From NCBI GenBank assembly GCA_038087875.1, contig JAXLNO010000705.1, positions 1 to 64,000 of the forward strand: a stretch of DNA of 64,000 nucleotides. The letters run 5' to 3'. A program made the translations under genes and the position numbers. This document shows positions 1 to 11,257 of the stretch, piece by piece (position 1 is the stretch's first letter; each line of letters opens with the position of its first letter). The stretch is from Malacoraja senta. Its lineage: Eukaryota. Under the pieces are notes generated by a model that worked only from the letters and a program-made list of their open reading frames with translations, did no database searches and had not been told where the DNA came from.

Positions 1-250
1 TGAGAAAAAACTTTTTCACCCAGAGTTGTGAATTTATGGAATTCCCTGCCACAGAGGGCAGTGGAGGCCAAGTCACTGGATGGATTTAAGACAGAGTTAC
101 TCTAGGAGCTAGTGGAATCAAGCGATATGGGGAGAAGGCAGGCACGGGTTATTGATTGTGGACGATCAGCCATGATTACAATGAATGGCGGTGCTGGCTC
201 GAAGGGCCGAATGGCCTCCTCCTGCACCTATTTTCTATGTTTCTATGTTA
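1..250 (+). mobile_element. CR1-clade LINE 3' end (window edge)
   Basis: FFTQRVVNLWNSLP-type RT C-terminus, 3'UTR GGCTCGAAGGGCCGAATGGCC motif and (TTTCTATG)n tail. Confidence 0.9.
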
Positions 251-847
251 AACTATAAACTAAACTAAACTAAATTAAACTAAACTAAATAAAGTCCAGT
301 AAAGTCTGATTACAGATAGTCCAAGGGTCTCCAATGAGGTAGATGATAGACACAGAATGCTGGAGTAACTCAGCGGGACAGGCAGCGTCTCTGGAGAGAA
401 TGAATGGATGATGTTTCAGGTCGAGACCCTTCTTCAGGGGGATGCTAGGAGGATGTTAGGTCGGGACCTGGGTGATCGCTGGTCAGCGCGGACTCGGTGG
501 GGTGGAATGGCCCGTTTCCGCGCTCTGAACCAAAACGTATGTCTGAGCCAAAACGAAACTAAAGCTACCAGGAGCTGCAGGCGTGGTTGACTTTGATTCT
601 CGGGAAGACAGCTTGACGGCAGGCACTGCCTTCACTTTGCGGCGTCTCGGAGCAGTGCTGGGACCCACAACCAGGTGTGATACAGCGAGGGGAGGACCTG
701 CTGAGCTGCTGTTCACACGTTCGTTCCCTGAACTCCTCACCGCAAGCCAGCAGTGAAGCCGTGAAAAAACACATAGTTATAGTTTAGAGACACAGAGCAG
801 AGTAGGTTAACCTGTGATGAGCTTTTAGATTAACCTAAAGAATGTGA

Positions 848-2232
848 CGACTGGGCTTGTATTCACTGGAATTTAGATGGGTGAGAGGGGATCTTATAGA
901 AACGTATAAAATTCTTAAAGGGATTGGACAGGGTAGATGCAGGAAAAATGTTCCCGATGTTGGGGGAGTCCAGAACCAGGGGTCACAGTTTAAGAATAAG
1001 GGGTCATCCATTTAGGACCGAGATGAGGAAAATCTTTTTCACCCAGAGAGTTGTGAATCTGTGGAATTCCCTGCCACAGAGGGCAGTGGAGGCCAAGTCA
1101 CTGGATGGATTTAAGAGAGAGTTAGATAGAGCTCTAGGGCTAGTGGAGTCAAGGGATATGGGGAGAAGGCAGGCACGGGTTATTGATTGGGGACGATAAG
1201 CCGTGATCACAATGAATGGCGGTGCTGGCTCGAAGGGCCGAATGGCCTCCTCCTGCACCTATGTTCTATGTTTCTTTGAGGAAAAACCTTTTCACCCAGA
1301 GAGTCGTGAATTTGTGGAATTCTCTGCCTCAGAAGACAGTGGAAGCCGACTATGCATTCAAAAGAGAGTAAAATAGGGCTAGTGAAATCAAGGGCTAGTT
1401 GATAGAATGGATCGACTGGGCTTGTTTACTGTGGTATTTAGGATTAGCGGGAATCTTATTGAAACATACAAGATTATTAAGGGTTAGGACACGCTAGAGG
1501 CAGGAAACATGTTCCCGATGTTGGGGGAGTCCAGAACCAGGGGCCACAGGTTAACAATAAGGGGTCGTCCATTTAGGACCGAGATGAGGAAAATCTTTTT
1601 CACCCAGAAAGTTGTGAATCTGTGCAATTCTCTGGCTCAGAAGGCAGTGGAGGCCAATTCACTGGATGTTTTCAAGAGAGAGTTAGATTTAGCTCTTCGG
1701 GCTAACGTAATCAAGGGATATGGGGGAGAAGGCAGGAACGGGGTACTGATTGGGGATGATCAGCCATGATCACATTGAATGGCGGTGCTGGCTCGAAGGG
1801 CCGAATGGCCTACTCCTGCACCTGTTTTCTATGTTTCTATGTTTGGTGGCCTGCACTCGCTGGAGTTTAGAAGAATGAGGGGGGACCTCATTGAAACTTA
1901 CAGAATAGTGAAAGGCCTGGATAGAGCGGATGTGGAGACGTGATTCCACTCGTGGGAGAGTCTAGGATTAAAGGTCATAGCCTCAGAATTAAAGGACGTT
2001 CTTCGAGAATACATTTATTTGGCCGAGTGTGGTGAATCTGTGGAAGGCTGTGGAGGCCAAGTCAGTGGCTATTTTTAAGGCAGAGATAGATAGATTCTTG
2101 ATTAGTACGGGTGTCAGAGGTTATGGGGAGAACGCAGGAGAATAGGGTTAGGAGGGAGAGATGGATCAGCCACGATTGAATGGCGTACATTTGATGGACC
2201 GAATGGCCTAATTCTACTATTCCTTATGACCT
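848..2232 (+). mobile_element. Cluster of head-to-tail 5'-truncated CR1 LINE 3' fragments
   Basis: Repeated GLYSLEF...MFPMLGESRTRGH...FFTQRVVNLWNSLP segments (ORFs 924..1199, 1509..1769) with CR1 3'UTRs. Confidence 0.9.
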
Positions 2233-2234
2233 AA

Positions 2235-2515
2235 TGAAACAGGCCCTTTGGCCCACCGAGTCCGCGCCGACCAGCGATCCTCGCACACTAACGCTATCCT
2301 ACACACACTGGGGACAATTTTACATTGATACCAAGCCAATTAACCTACAAACATGTACGTCTTTGGAGTGTGGGAGGAAACCGGAGCACCCGGAGAAAAC
2401 CCACACAGTCACAGGGTGAACGTACAAACTCCATTCCGACAGCACCGAGGTCAGGATCGAACCCGTGTCTCTGGTGCTGTGAGGCAGCAACTCTACTGCT
2501 GTGTCGCTGGCTGCC
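2235..2515 (-). mobile_element. HE1-like tRNA-derived SINE
   Basis: Reverse strand has B box GGTTCGATCC, V-SINE-like core (GGTTTCCTCCCACACTCCAAAGAC) and a CR1-type tail. Confidence 0.85.
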
Positions 2516-2623
2516 CCCATTTATTACCACCGGATAATTTATTACAACTGGGCAAAATGGTATAAAATCACACGGTTATCAGACAGAGATAGAGGTTTAA
2601 ACATAAGGAACTTAAAGAGGAAG

Positions 2624-2930
2624 CGCCATGGCGCAGCGGTAGAGTTGCTGCCTCACAGCGCCAGAGACCCGGGTTCGATCCTGACTACGGGTGCTGTCTG
2701 TACGGAGTTTGCACCTTCTCCCCGTGACCTGAGTGGTTTTCTCCGGGTGCTCCGGTTTCCTCCCACACTTCAAAGAGGTACAGGTTTGTAGGTTAATTGG
2801 CTTCAGTAAAATTGTAAATTGTCCCTTGTGTGTGCAGGATAATGTTGGTGTGCGGGGATTGCTAGTCAGAGCGGAGTCGATGGGCCGAAGGGTCTGTTTC
2901 CATGCTGTATCTCTCAATTCTAAACTCTAA
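2624..2930 (+). mobile_element. HE1-like tRNA-derived SINE
   Basis: A box TGGCGCAGCGG (2629), B box GGTTCGATCC (2672), core, tail GGGCCGAAGGGTCTGTTTCC. Confidence 0.9.
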
Positions 2931-3210
2931 ACTGTAGATCATGAGTCTAGAATAGGTGGACGATGGCCAGGCTGGACTCGATGGCCTGAAGGGCTTGTTT
3001 CCCTGCTGTATCTCTAAATGCTATACTCTAAACTGTAGATCAAGAGTCTAGAATAGGTGGACAATGGCCAGGCTGGTTTCGATGGGCTGAAGGGCCTGTT
3101 TCCCTGCTGTATCTCTAAATTCTATACTCTAAACTGTAGATCAAGAGTCTGGAATAGGTGGACGATGGTCAGGCTGGACTCGATGGGCCGAAGGGCCTGT
3201 TTCCATGCTG
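2873..3210 (+). repeat. 101-bp tandem repeat (~3.3 copies) made of SINE tail plus flank
   Basis: Unit anchor TCGATGG recurs with its C at 2878, 2979, 3080 and 3181. Confidence 0.9.
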
Positions 3211-3449
3211 CAGCACTAACGTCAACTAAACTAAGTTAAACCAAGACAGCATTATCAAGGACGAAGATAGACACAAAGTGCTAAAGTAACTCAGCTGGTC
3301 AGGCAGCATCTCTGGAGAAAAGGGATGGGTGACATTTCTGGTCAGGACCCTTCTTCACACTCAGCCTTTTGTCCAGAGATGCTGCCTGACCTGCCGAGCT
3401 ACTCCAGCACTTTGTGCCTAATTTCGGCATAAACCAGTGTCTTCAGTTC

Positions 3450-3832
3450 ATTTCAATAGATAATCAAGGACCAGTCAGTCTCAGCCTGCTCACTCACTCC
3501 TCTCCCCTCACTCATCAGGCAAGAGGTACAGAAGTGTGAAAACGCACACCTCCAGATTCAGGGACAGTTTCTTCTCAGCTGTTATCAGGCAACTGAACCA
3601 TCCTACCACAACCAGAGAGTGGTCCTGACCTTCCATCTACCTCATTGGAGACTCGGACTATTTTTAATCGGACTTTACTGGACTTGATCTTGCAGTAAAC
3701 GTTATTCCCTTTATCTGGTTTCCATACGCTGTGGACAGCTCGATTGTAACCATGTATTGTCTTTTTGCTGACTAAACAGCACGCTACCAAAAAAGCTTTG
3801 CACTGTACCTCAGTACACGTGACAATAATAAC
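3450..3832 (+). mobile_element. Rex1/Babar-like LINE 3' end
   Basis: Same sequence as the end of the 41645-42395 RT copy (RFRDSFF.AVIRQLN) plus its 3'UTR. Confidence 0.75.
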
Positions 3833-4237
3833 CAAAGATCCTGTAGCGGAGCAAGATAGACCACTCCTGCTAAATGCAATGGGCTGACGTGTAGTACGCA
3901 ACGGAGCAGAACGTGGGCCTTTTTTTCATCCATTTCAGTAACCCGACCCGACCCGACCCGCAGTGTAATCAACGTTGCGGGGGAACAGTTTGGGTTAATA
4001 AATTATAATTCTGAAAATGAGGAGAAGATTTTTACCAATGAATTTTGATTTATACGAGGATGTTTCCGTAACCGGCTTCCGTCTCCGCACTAGTATCTTT
4101 GCTCTGCTATGGGATCTTTGGTGCGGAGACGGAAGCCGGTTACGGAAATGGGGCCTAAAGTTACCCATGAATCTGCCCTTGACCGTACTAGGTATTTTTA
4201 GTCGAGTGGTCTATCTTGCTCGCTATAGGGTCCTTTG
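3833..4237. mobile_element. Non-autonomous DNA transposon (MITE) with CAAAG...CTTTG ends, P- or hAT-like
   Basis: ~34-bp TIRs (CAAAGATCCTGTAGCGGAGCAAGATAGACCACTC / GAGTGGTCTATCTTGCTCGCTATAGGGTCCTTTG); degenerate 8-bp TSD ATAATAAC/GTAATGAC. Confidence 0.8.
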
Positions 4238-4576
4238 GTAATGACAAACTAAACTAAGCTCAACTAAACAAAACTCATTCCCAGCTGCCTACAGCTGCCC
4301 CATTCCAACATGACAATAAACTAAAGACTATTTAATTGTCATCTGTACCGAAACACAACGGGTCTGTAAACACACATAAAAGAGACAAAGTGCTGGAGTA
4401 ACTCAGCGGATCAGGCAACATCTCTGAAGATCAAGGAGGAAACCCACGCGGTCACAGGGGGGAACGTACAAACTCCACGCAGACAGCATCCGAGGTCAGA
4501 ATCAAACTCGGGTCTCCGGCGCTGTGAGGCAGCGGCTCCACCCGCTGCGCCACCAATATGGGCCGCATCTTGGGCA

Positions 4577-5860
4577 GTCACGGTGGCGCAGCGTTAGAGC
4601 TGCCACCTAACAGCGAATGCAGCGCCGGAGACCCGGGTTCCATCCCGACTCCCGTGGGGGAGTCCAGAACCAGGGGCCACAGTTCAAGAATAAGGAATAA
4701 GCCATTTAGAACGGTGACGAGGAAACACTTTTTCTCACAGAGAGTGGTGAGTCTGTGGAATTCTCTGCCTCAGAGGGCGGTGGAGGCCAGTTCTCTGGAT
4801 GCTTTCAAGAGAGAGCTAGATAGGGCTCTTAAAAATAGCGGAGTCAGGGGATATGGGGAGAAGGTAGGGACGGGGTCCTGATTGGGGATGATCAGCCATG
4901 ATCACATTGAATGGTGGTGCTGGCTCAAAGGGCCAAATGGCCTACTCCTGCACCTATTGTCTATTGACTACGGGCGCTGTCTGTACGGAGTTTGTACGTC
5001 CTCCCCATGCAGGGTGGAAATCCTAGGGGGGTCAGCGGGGACACATCCCCCATCGGTTTTGAGAGTTGAGGGACGATCCCCCCCCCCCCATTTTTTGTAA
5101 TCCGGATTTTAAAACCCGGTGAAATCTCTGCTTTCCGCGAGACAGTGGGGGTGGGATTGCTGATCGAGGGCGCCGTTGGACGAGAGAGACGTCGGTCAGC
5201 AGCCAATGGTGGCGGGACATGATGATTCAGTGCGATCATTGGAGGAGGGAGGAGTACGGTGGGTGGGACTGAGGATAGTGTGCGGTGATTGGAGGAGGGA
5301 GACGTGGCACAGACCTGCGCCTCATCCACAGCCAGGATCGATCCCGGCTCTCCGGCGCTGTCCTGTCCCCATCCGAGTGCCCCCCCATGGGTGGCCAGAG
5401 AGGTCGGGAGTCAGACGGGAGCTGTGCCTCCAGGCCCACAGCCAGCACGGAGAAGCAGCGCTGGTGTCCCGTCAGTCCAGACAGGGCTGTAGGTTAACCC
5501 GGCGAGACAGGCAGAGCTGCATTTAGTGCTGGATTGAGCCTCCGGAGCCTCGCGCGCGTGTGTGTGTATGTGCGCATGCGCTCGCGGCCGCCAAGAAATT
5601 GTGTCCCCCCCGTCCCCCGGTCCCCTCCATATTTTGATAGCGATTTCCGTGCCTGTCCCCGTGACCTGCGTGGGTTTTTTCCGAGATCTTCGGTTTCCTC
5701 CACGCTCCAAAGACGTGCAGGTTTGCAAGTTAATTGGTTTGGGAAATGTTTATAAAAAATTGTCCCTTGTGGGTGTAGGATAGTGTTAATGAGCGGGGAT
5801 CGCTGGTCGGCGCGGACCCGGTGGGCCGAAGGGCCTGTTTCCGTGCGGTATCTCTAAAAA
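4577..5860 (+). mobile_element. HE1-like SINE split by a CR1 3' fragment (~4651-4968) and a hAT MITE (5010-5655)
   Basis: SINE head 4577-4650, middle 4969-5009 and rest 5656-5860 rejoin collinearly. Confidence 0.85.
5010..5655. mobile_element. hAT-like MITE
   Basis: TIR CAGGGTGGAAATC / GATTTCCGTGCCTG; 8-bp TSD TCCCCATG/TCCCCGTG; a second copy of the right end lies at ~52336-52450. Confidence 0.8.
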
Positions 5861-6336
5861 GAAAAGAAACCTTCAGTTGTCAGGACCCTACGCTACACAA
5901 CCTCTTCCCTTCCGTTCTCCCGACAGATTATCCACACACAGAGCTTTTGTGGCTCGTCGCCAATTTATTTTGTTTGAAAATGCCTTAAGATATTTTGCAA
6001 TTAAAAAAGTTATTTTTATGTTTATTTCTATTGTTGCTGCAGTGGCATCCGTGAGCCATGCCTGGGATTATTGTGTGCAGCGTTCCATACCGCAAAGGCA
6101 TCCGAGGAATGGTTATTCGAGTTCAGTTTATTGTCACGTGTACCGAGGTACAGTGAAAAGCTTTTTGTTGCGTGCTAACCAGTCAGTGGAAAGACAACAC
6201 ATGATTACAATCGAGACGTCCACAGTGTGCAGATACATGATAAGGGATTAACCGTAGAATGATGTTTAGTGAAAGATAAAGTCCAGGAAAGTCCGATCAA
6301 AGATAGTGTCTCCAATCGGGTAGACAGTAATTCAGG

Positions 6337-6488
6337 TACACAAAATGCTGGAGAAACTCAGCGGGTGCAGCAGCATCTATGGAGCGAAGGAAATTATTTC
6401 CTTCGCTCCATAGATGCTGCTGCACCCGCTGAGTTTCTCCAGCATTTTTGTGTACCTTCGATTTTCCAGCATCTGCGTTCCTTCTTAA
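6337..6488. mobile_element. Fold-back Penelope-like pLTR fragment
   Basis: Arms 6334-6394 and 6396-6457 are reverse complements; direct repeat AGACAGTAATTCAGG at 6322-6336 and 6489-6503. Confidence 0.85.
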
Positions 6489-6590
6489 AGACAGTAATTC
6501 AGGACTGCTCTCTAATTCCACCGGGTGGCGCCATCAGTGATGGTAGCCTCGCCTACATTCTGTCTGTCCTTTTTGTCCTTTTTTGTAAAA

Positions 6591-8167
6591 ATTTTTTTTA
6601 ATATTTATTTTATTAGAAGCAATTGTACAAGGAGAAATTAATCGACATAACAATTATACAGTTTTCGTACTGCTTCAGTTTTAACATTTTATAAACTTAT
6701 AACTAAATCGGAAAAAAGGAAAAAGGAAAAAAGGGAAAGGATGAAGAAAAGAAAAAGAAAATAAAGAATTTCGAGAAAGACACGAAAAAGAAAAAAGAAA
6801 AACCCCAGAAGTAACGAAGAAGTGAAAGAAGCGGAGATTTATCCCACTACCCTTCCCTACGCCCACTCACCCGACCCTAGCGTCGGTTTTGAGTTTGTGT
6901 GCAACCATTATGTTGTTGAAGAAATTCAATAAAAGGAAACCATATTTTGGAAAATATGCACACGGTATTGGGGGCTCAGTATTGATGTGGATAGAGAACT
7001 GGCTGGCAACAGGAAGCAAAGAGTAGGAGTAAACGGGTCCTTTTCAGAATGGCAGGCAGTGACTAGTGGGGTACCGCAAGGCTCAGTGCTGAGACCCCAG
7101 CTATTTACAATATATATTAATGATTTGAACGAGGGAATTGAATGCAACATCTCCAAGTTTGCGGATGACACAAAGCTGGGGGGCAGTGTTAGCTGTGAGG
7201 AGGATGCTAGGAGGCTGCAAAGTGACTAGGATAGGCTGGGTGAGTGAGCAAATGCATGGTAGATGCAGTATAATGTGGATAAATGTGAGGTTATCCACTT
7301 TGGGGGCAAAAACAGGACAGTAGACTATTATCTAAATGGTGGCCGATTAGGAAAAGGGGAGATGCAATGAGACCTGGGTGTCATGGTACACCAGTCATTG
7401 AAAGTAGGCATGCAGGTGCAGCAGGCAGTGAAGAAAGCGAATGGTATGTTAGCATTCATAGCAAAAGGATTTGAGTATAGGAGCAGGGAGGTTCTACTGC
7501 AGTTGTACAGGGTCTTGGTGAGACCACACCTGGAGTATTGCGTACAGTTTTGGTCTCCAAATCCTGAGGAAAGACATTCTTGCCATAGAGGGAGTACAGA
7601 GAAGGTTCACCAGACTGATTCCTGGGATGTCAGGACTTTCATATGAAGAAAGACTGGATAGACTCGCTTGTACTCGCTAGAATTTAGAAGATTGAGGGGG
7701 GATCTGAAAGAAACTTACAAAATTCTTAAAGGGTTGGACAGGCTAGATGCAAGAAGATTGTTCCCGATGTTGGGGAAGTCCAGGACAAGGGGTCACAGTT
7801 TAAGGATAAAGGGGAAATCCTTTAGGACCGAGATGAGAAAAACATTTTTCACACAGAGTGGTGAATCTGTGGAATTCTCTGCCACAGAAGGTAGTTGAGG
7901 CCAGTTCATTGGCTATATTTAAGAGGGAGTTAGATGTGGCCCTTGTGGCTAAAGGGATCAGAGGGTATGGAGAGAAGGCAGGTAGGGGATACTGAGTTGG
8001 ATGATCAGCCATGATCATATTGAATGGCGGTGCAGGCTCGAAGGGCCGAATGGCCTACTCCTGCACCTATTTAAAAAAAAAAAATTTTAATTAAAAAAAA
8101 ATATATATATATGGATCTGGTTTGTCAGTCAAGACAAGCCTTATTTTCTCTAGATGTAGGGTCTCGG
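6591..8167 (-). mobile_element. L1-clade LINE 3' end interrupted by a CR1
   Basis: Minus strand ETLHLEKIRLVLTDKPD (8110-8165) joins [13 protein letters not shown] (~6920-6956), typical of a fish L1 ORF2 C-terminus; AATAAA plus poly(A) near 6591-6615. Confidence 0.75.
6957..8072 (+). mobile_element. 5'-truncated CR1 LINE (RT, disrupted)
   Basis: [17 protein letters not shown] and RPHLEYCVQFW motifs across frameshifted ORFs 6987..7898. Confidence 0.95.
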
Positions 8168-8799
8168 TAATTTTTTTGTAATTTTTAGTGTGTTTTAATA
8201 GTTTGTGTTAATGTTCTCTGGTTTATTTTATGTGGTGGGGTGGGGGGGTCGGGGGAAACTTTTTTTCAATATCTCTCACCTTGCCGGAGATGCGATTGCT
8301 TTCCGGATCGTATCTCCGGTGGCTCTGCGGCCTAACATAGTGGAGCTGGAGGCCTTGCTCGGCACTGCCTTGGAGCTCCACCGCGGGTACGGGGACTTAC
8401 CATCCGAGCCGATTTCTTGCCTGGGATCGACGCTCCAGCCACGGCCTGCGGGTTTCACCATCGAGGAGCTCGCAGTCTCGGGTTGAGACCGACGTTGGGA
8501 AGCTCCAAAAGCCGCACGACGTTCGACTAGCCCCGACCGTGACCAGCGTGGGTTTTCTTCGGGTGCTCCGGTTTCCTCCCACACTCCAAAGACATGTGTG
8601 TCTGTAGGTTAATTGGCTTTGGTAAAATTGTATATTGTTCATATTGTATAGTGTGTTTGTATATTGTATAGTGTGTTTATGATGGTATCAGTGTACGGGG
8701 TGATCACTGGTCATCGCGGTGGGCCGAAGGGCCTGTTTCGAAGCTGTATCTCTAAACTAAACTAAATCCATAGGTGTAGGTACCTGCAACATAGGTGTA

Positions 8800-9205
8800 T
8801 GATAGGCTGCTAAGGAAGATGAGAGCCCATGGTGCCAAAGGGCAGATACTAGCATGGATAACAGGTTGGCTGGATGGCAGAAGACAAAGTGTGGCAGTAA
8901 AGGGGGCTTTTTCTGGTTGGCTGCCAGTGACTAGTGGAGTTCCGCAAGGGTCGGTGCTGGGGCCGCTACTCTGACGTTGTATATTAATGACTTGGACGAG
9001 AGGATTGAAGGCTTGGTGGCCAAGTTTGCGGATGGGACGAAACTAGGTGGAGCGGCAGGTAATGTAGAGAAAGCAGGGACTCTGCAGAAGGAATTGGACA
9101 GGTTGGGAGAGGGGGCAGAGAAGTGGCAGATGGAATATAGTGTAGCAAAGTGTGGAGCCATGCATTTTGGTAGTAGGAATAGTGGCGTACACTATTTTCT
9201 GAATG
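8800..9205 (+). mobile_element. Internal CR1 RT fragment
   Basis: YINDLD...AKFADGTKLGG (ORF 8977..9303). Confidence 0.85.
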
Positions 9206-10140
9206 GAGTGAGAAAGAGAGGAGGATGGAAGAAATTGGAGCAGTCACCGATGCAGGAGCTTGATCGCCCCGACGAGGAGGCCCGCCGCCGGCTACGGGAG
9301 TAAGATCGTCCCGTCAACGGAAGGTTAGAGCCCCCTGCCAGGAGGACAAAGAAGGGAAGAGATTGAACTTTTTTTTCGCCTTCCATCACAGTGAGGAATG
9401 TGGAGGAGTCACTGTGGTGGATGTTCATGTTAAAATGTATTTTGTGTGTTCTGTTGCTTTTTATTGGTATGACTGTATGGCAAATGAAATTCCTCGTCTG
9501 TTGCAAAACATACTTGGCTAATAAAGTATGATTATGATTATAATTATGTTTATGATTCTGATTATGATGATTCAGTTGCCTGATAACAGCTGGGAAGAAA
9601 CTGGCCTAGAATCTGGTGGAGCGCGTTCACTGGGTTTAGAGGGTTGTTCTGTAAGGACATGTATGTGAAATGATTTTCTGTCAGTATGTGGAGCACTCAA
9701 CCAGGGAAAAGGTCTAAAGAAGGGTCTCAACCCGAAACTTCACCTATTCCTTCTCTCCATATGATGCTGCCTCACCCACTGAGTTTCTCCAGGATTTTCG
9801 TCTACCTTCGATTTTTCCAGCATCTGCAGTTCTTTCTTAAACTAAACATGTATCATGTCTCAATCTTTTTTGGTATACCAAACACAAGGTATGCAAAGAG
9901 TCGCCACATATAGGATGCCGAAGTTACAAAGTGTTCAAAGTGCTCCCCAATGGGCCCACTTTGTTCTCTCGGCAGCGCATCCTCAACCGCCCGCCCGCCC
10001 ACTGTCCTCTCTCTCTGATGGTTCCCCTCTCTCTCCGACAACCCTCCTCTCTCTCTGACAGCCCTCCTCTCTCTCTGACAGCCACAGGATCATCACAAGA
10101 CTGAAAGACAAATCATCGTATGGAGAAAACTCGTTTGGTT

Positions 10141-10500
10141 GAATTTAGTTGAGTTGAGTTGAGGAGTTGAGTTGAGTTGAGTTGAGGAGTTGCGTTGCGT
10201 TGCGTTGCGTTGCGTTGAGTTGAGTTGAGTTGAGTTGAGGAGTTGAGTTGAGTTGAGTTGAGGAGTTGCGTTGCGTTGCGTTGCGTTGCGTTGCGTTGAG
10301 TTGAGTTGAGTTGAGTTGAGGAGTTGAGTTGAGTTGAGTTGAGCTGACTTGACTTGTCTTGACGACTTGACTTGAGATGAGTTGAGATGAGTTGAGATGA
10401 GTTGAGTTGAGTTGAATTGAGTTGAGTTGAGTTGAGTTGAGTTGAGATGAGTTGAGTTGAGTTTAGTATAATTTAGTTTAGTTTAGTTTATTTTAGTTTA
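10141..10500. repeat. Pentanucleotide microsatellite (GAGTT/GCGTT/GAGAT/TAGTT)n
   Basis: Directly visible; continuous with the tail of the adjacent minus-strand SINE. Confidence 0.97.
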
Positions 10501-10800
10501 GTAGCGAGATACAGCGTGGAAACAGGGCCTTTGGCCCACCATGTCCGCGCCGACCAGCGATCCCCGCACACTAACACTATCCTACATACACTAGGGACAA
10601 TTTACACATACCAGGCTAATTAACCTACAAACCTGTACGTCTTTGGCATGTGGGAGGAAACCAAAGAACTTGGAGAAAATCAAATGTAGGTCATGGGGAA
10701 AGCGTACAAACTACGTATGGGCAGCACCCGTAGTCGGGATGGAACCCGGGTCTCCGGCGCTTTGAGGCAGAGACTCTACCGCTGCGCCACCGTGACGCCC
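10501..10800 (-). mobile_element. HE1-like SINE
   Basis: A box GGTGGCGCAGCGG, B box GGTTCCATCC, core and tail on the minus strand. Confidence 0.9.
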
Positions 10801-11257
10801 CTGGAATGAAGATCAGGATAGAGATGAATCACCTTTCTTGAGCAGCCTCGTCAGAGTGTAATTTCGAGAGTTTATTTAGCATTGTCAAAACAGTGGGAAT
10901 ATTGGCACGGTTCAGACGTGTTTGTCATCTGCTGCGATAGCACAAGTCAGCTGGATGTCATTTACGCAGAGTGGGGGAATCAAGAACCAAATGACATAAG
11001 CAGGCTCGGATGTTATTCCTTAAAGTACAGAGAGAGGGGATGCAAGAGTTACTTGAAGTTAGAAAATTAATGTTCTTGTTGCTAGGTTGGAAGCTGCCCA
11101 AGCTAAATAGTTTTGTTTATTATAGTCTTGACTGTGGCGCCACCCGGTGGTCAGGCCACGTATTGGGCGAACTTTCGGCCCTAGGACTGGCAGGGTCATG
11201 TGACTAGGTTTGGCAGGAAGAAGTCGAAAAATATAAGTAAAATGATGTTCAACTTAA

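Larger units (their letters stand above)
6527..9570 (+). mobile_element. GC-rich non-coding retroposon with Rex1-like tail, fragmented by nested insertions
   Basis: Pieces 6527-6590, 8168-8537 and ~9249-9570 are collinear with the intact copy at 43318-44087. Confidence 0.7.

Noticed and set aside
540..775. Possible exon in unique sequence (ORFs 483..740 and 565..774)
   Set aside because: No convincing splice-site pair and no recognisable protein similarity.
2624..2700. tRNA genes at A/B-box sites
   Set aside because: These are SINE heads: no complete cloverleaf, and they continue into core and LINE tail.
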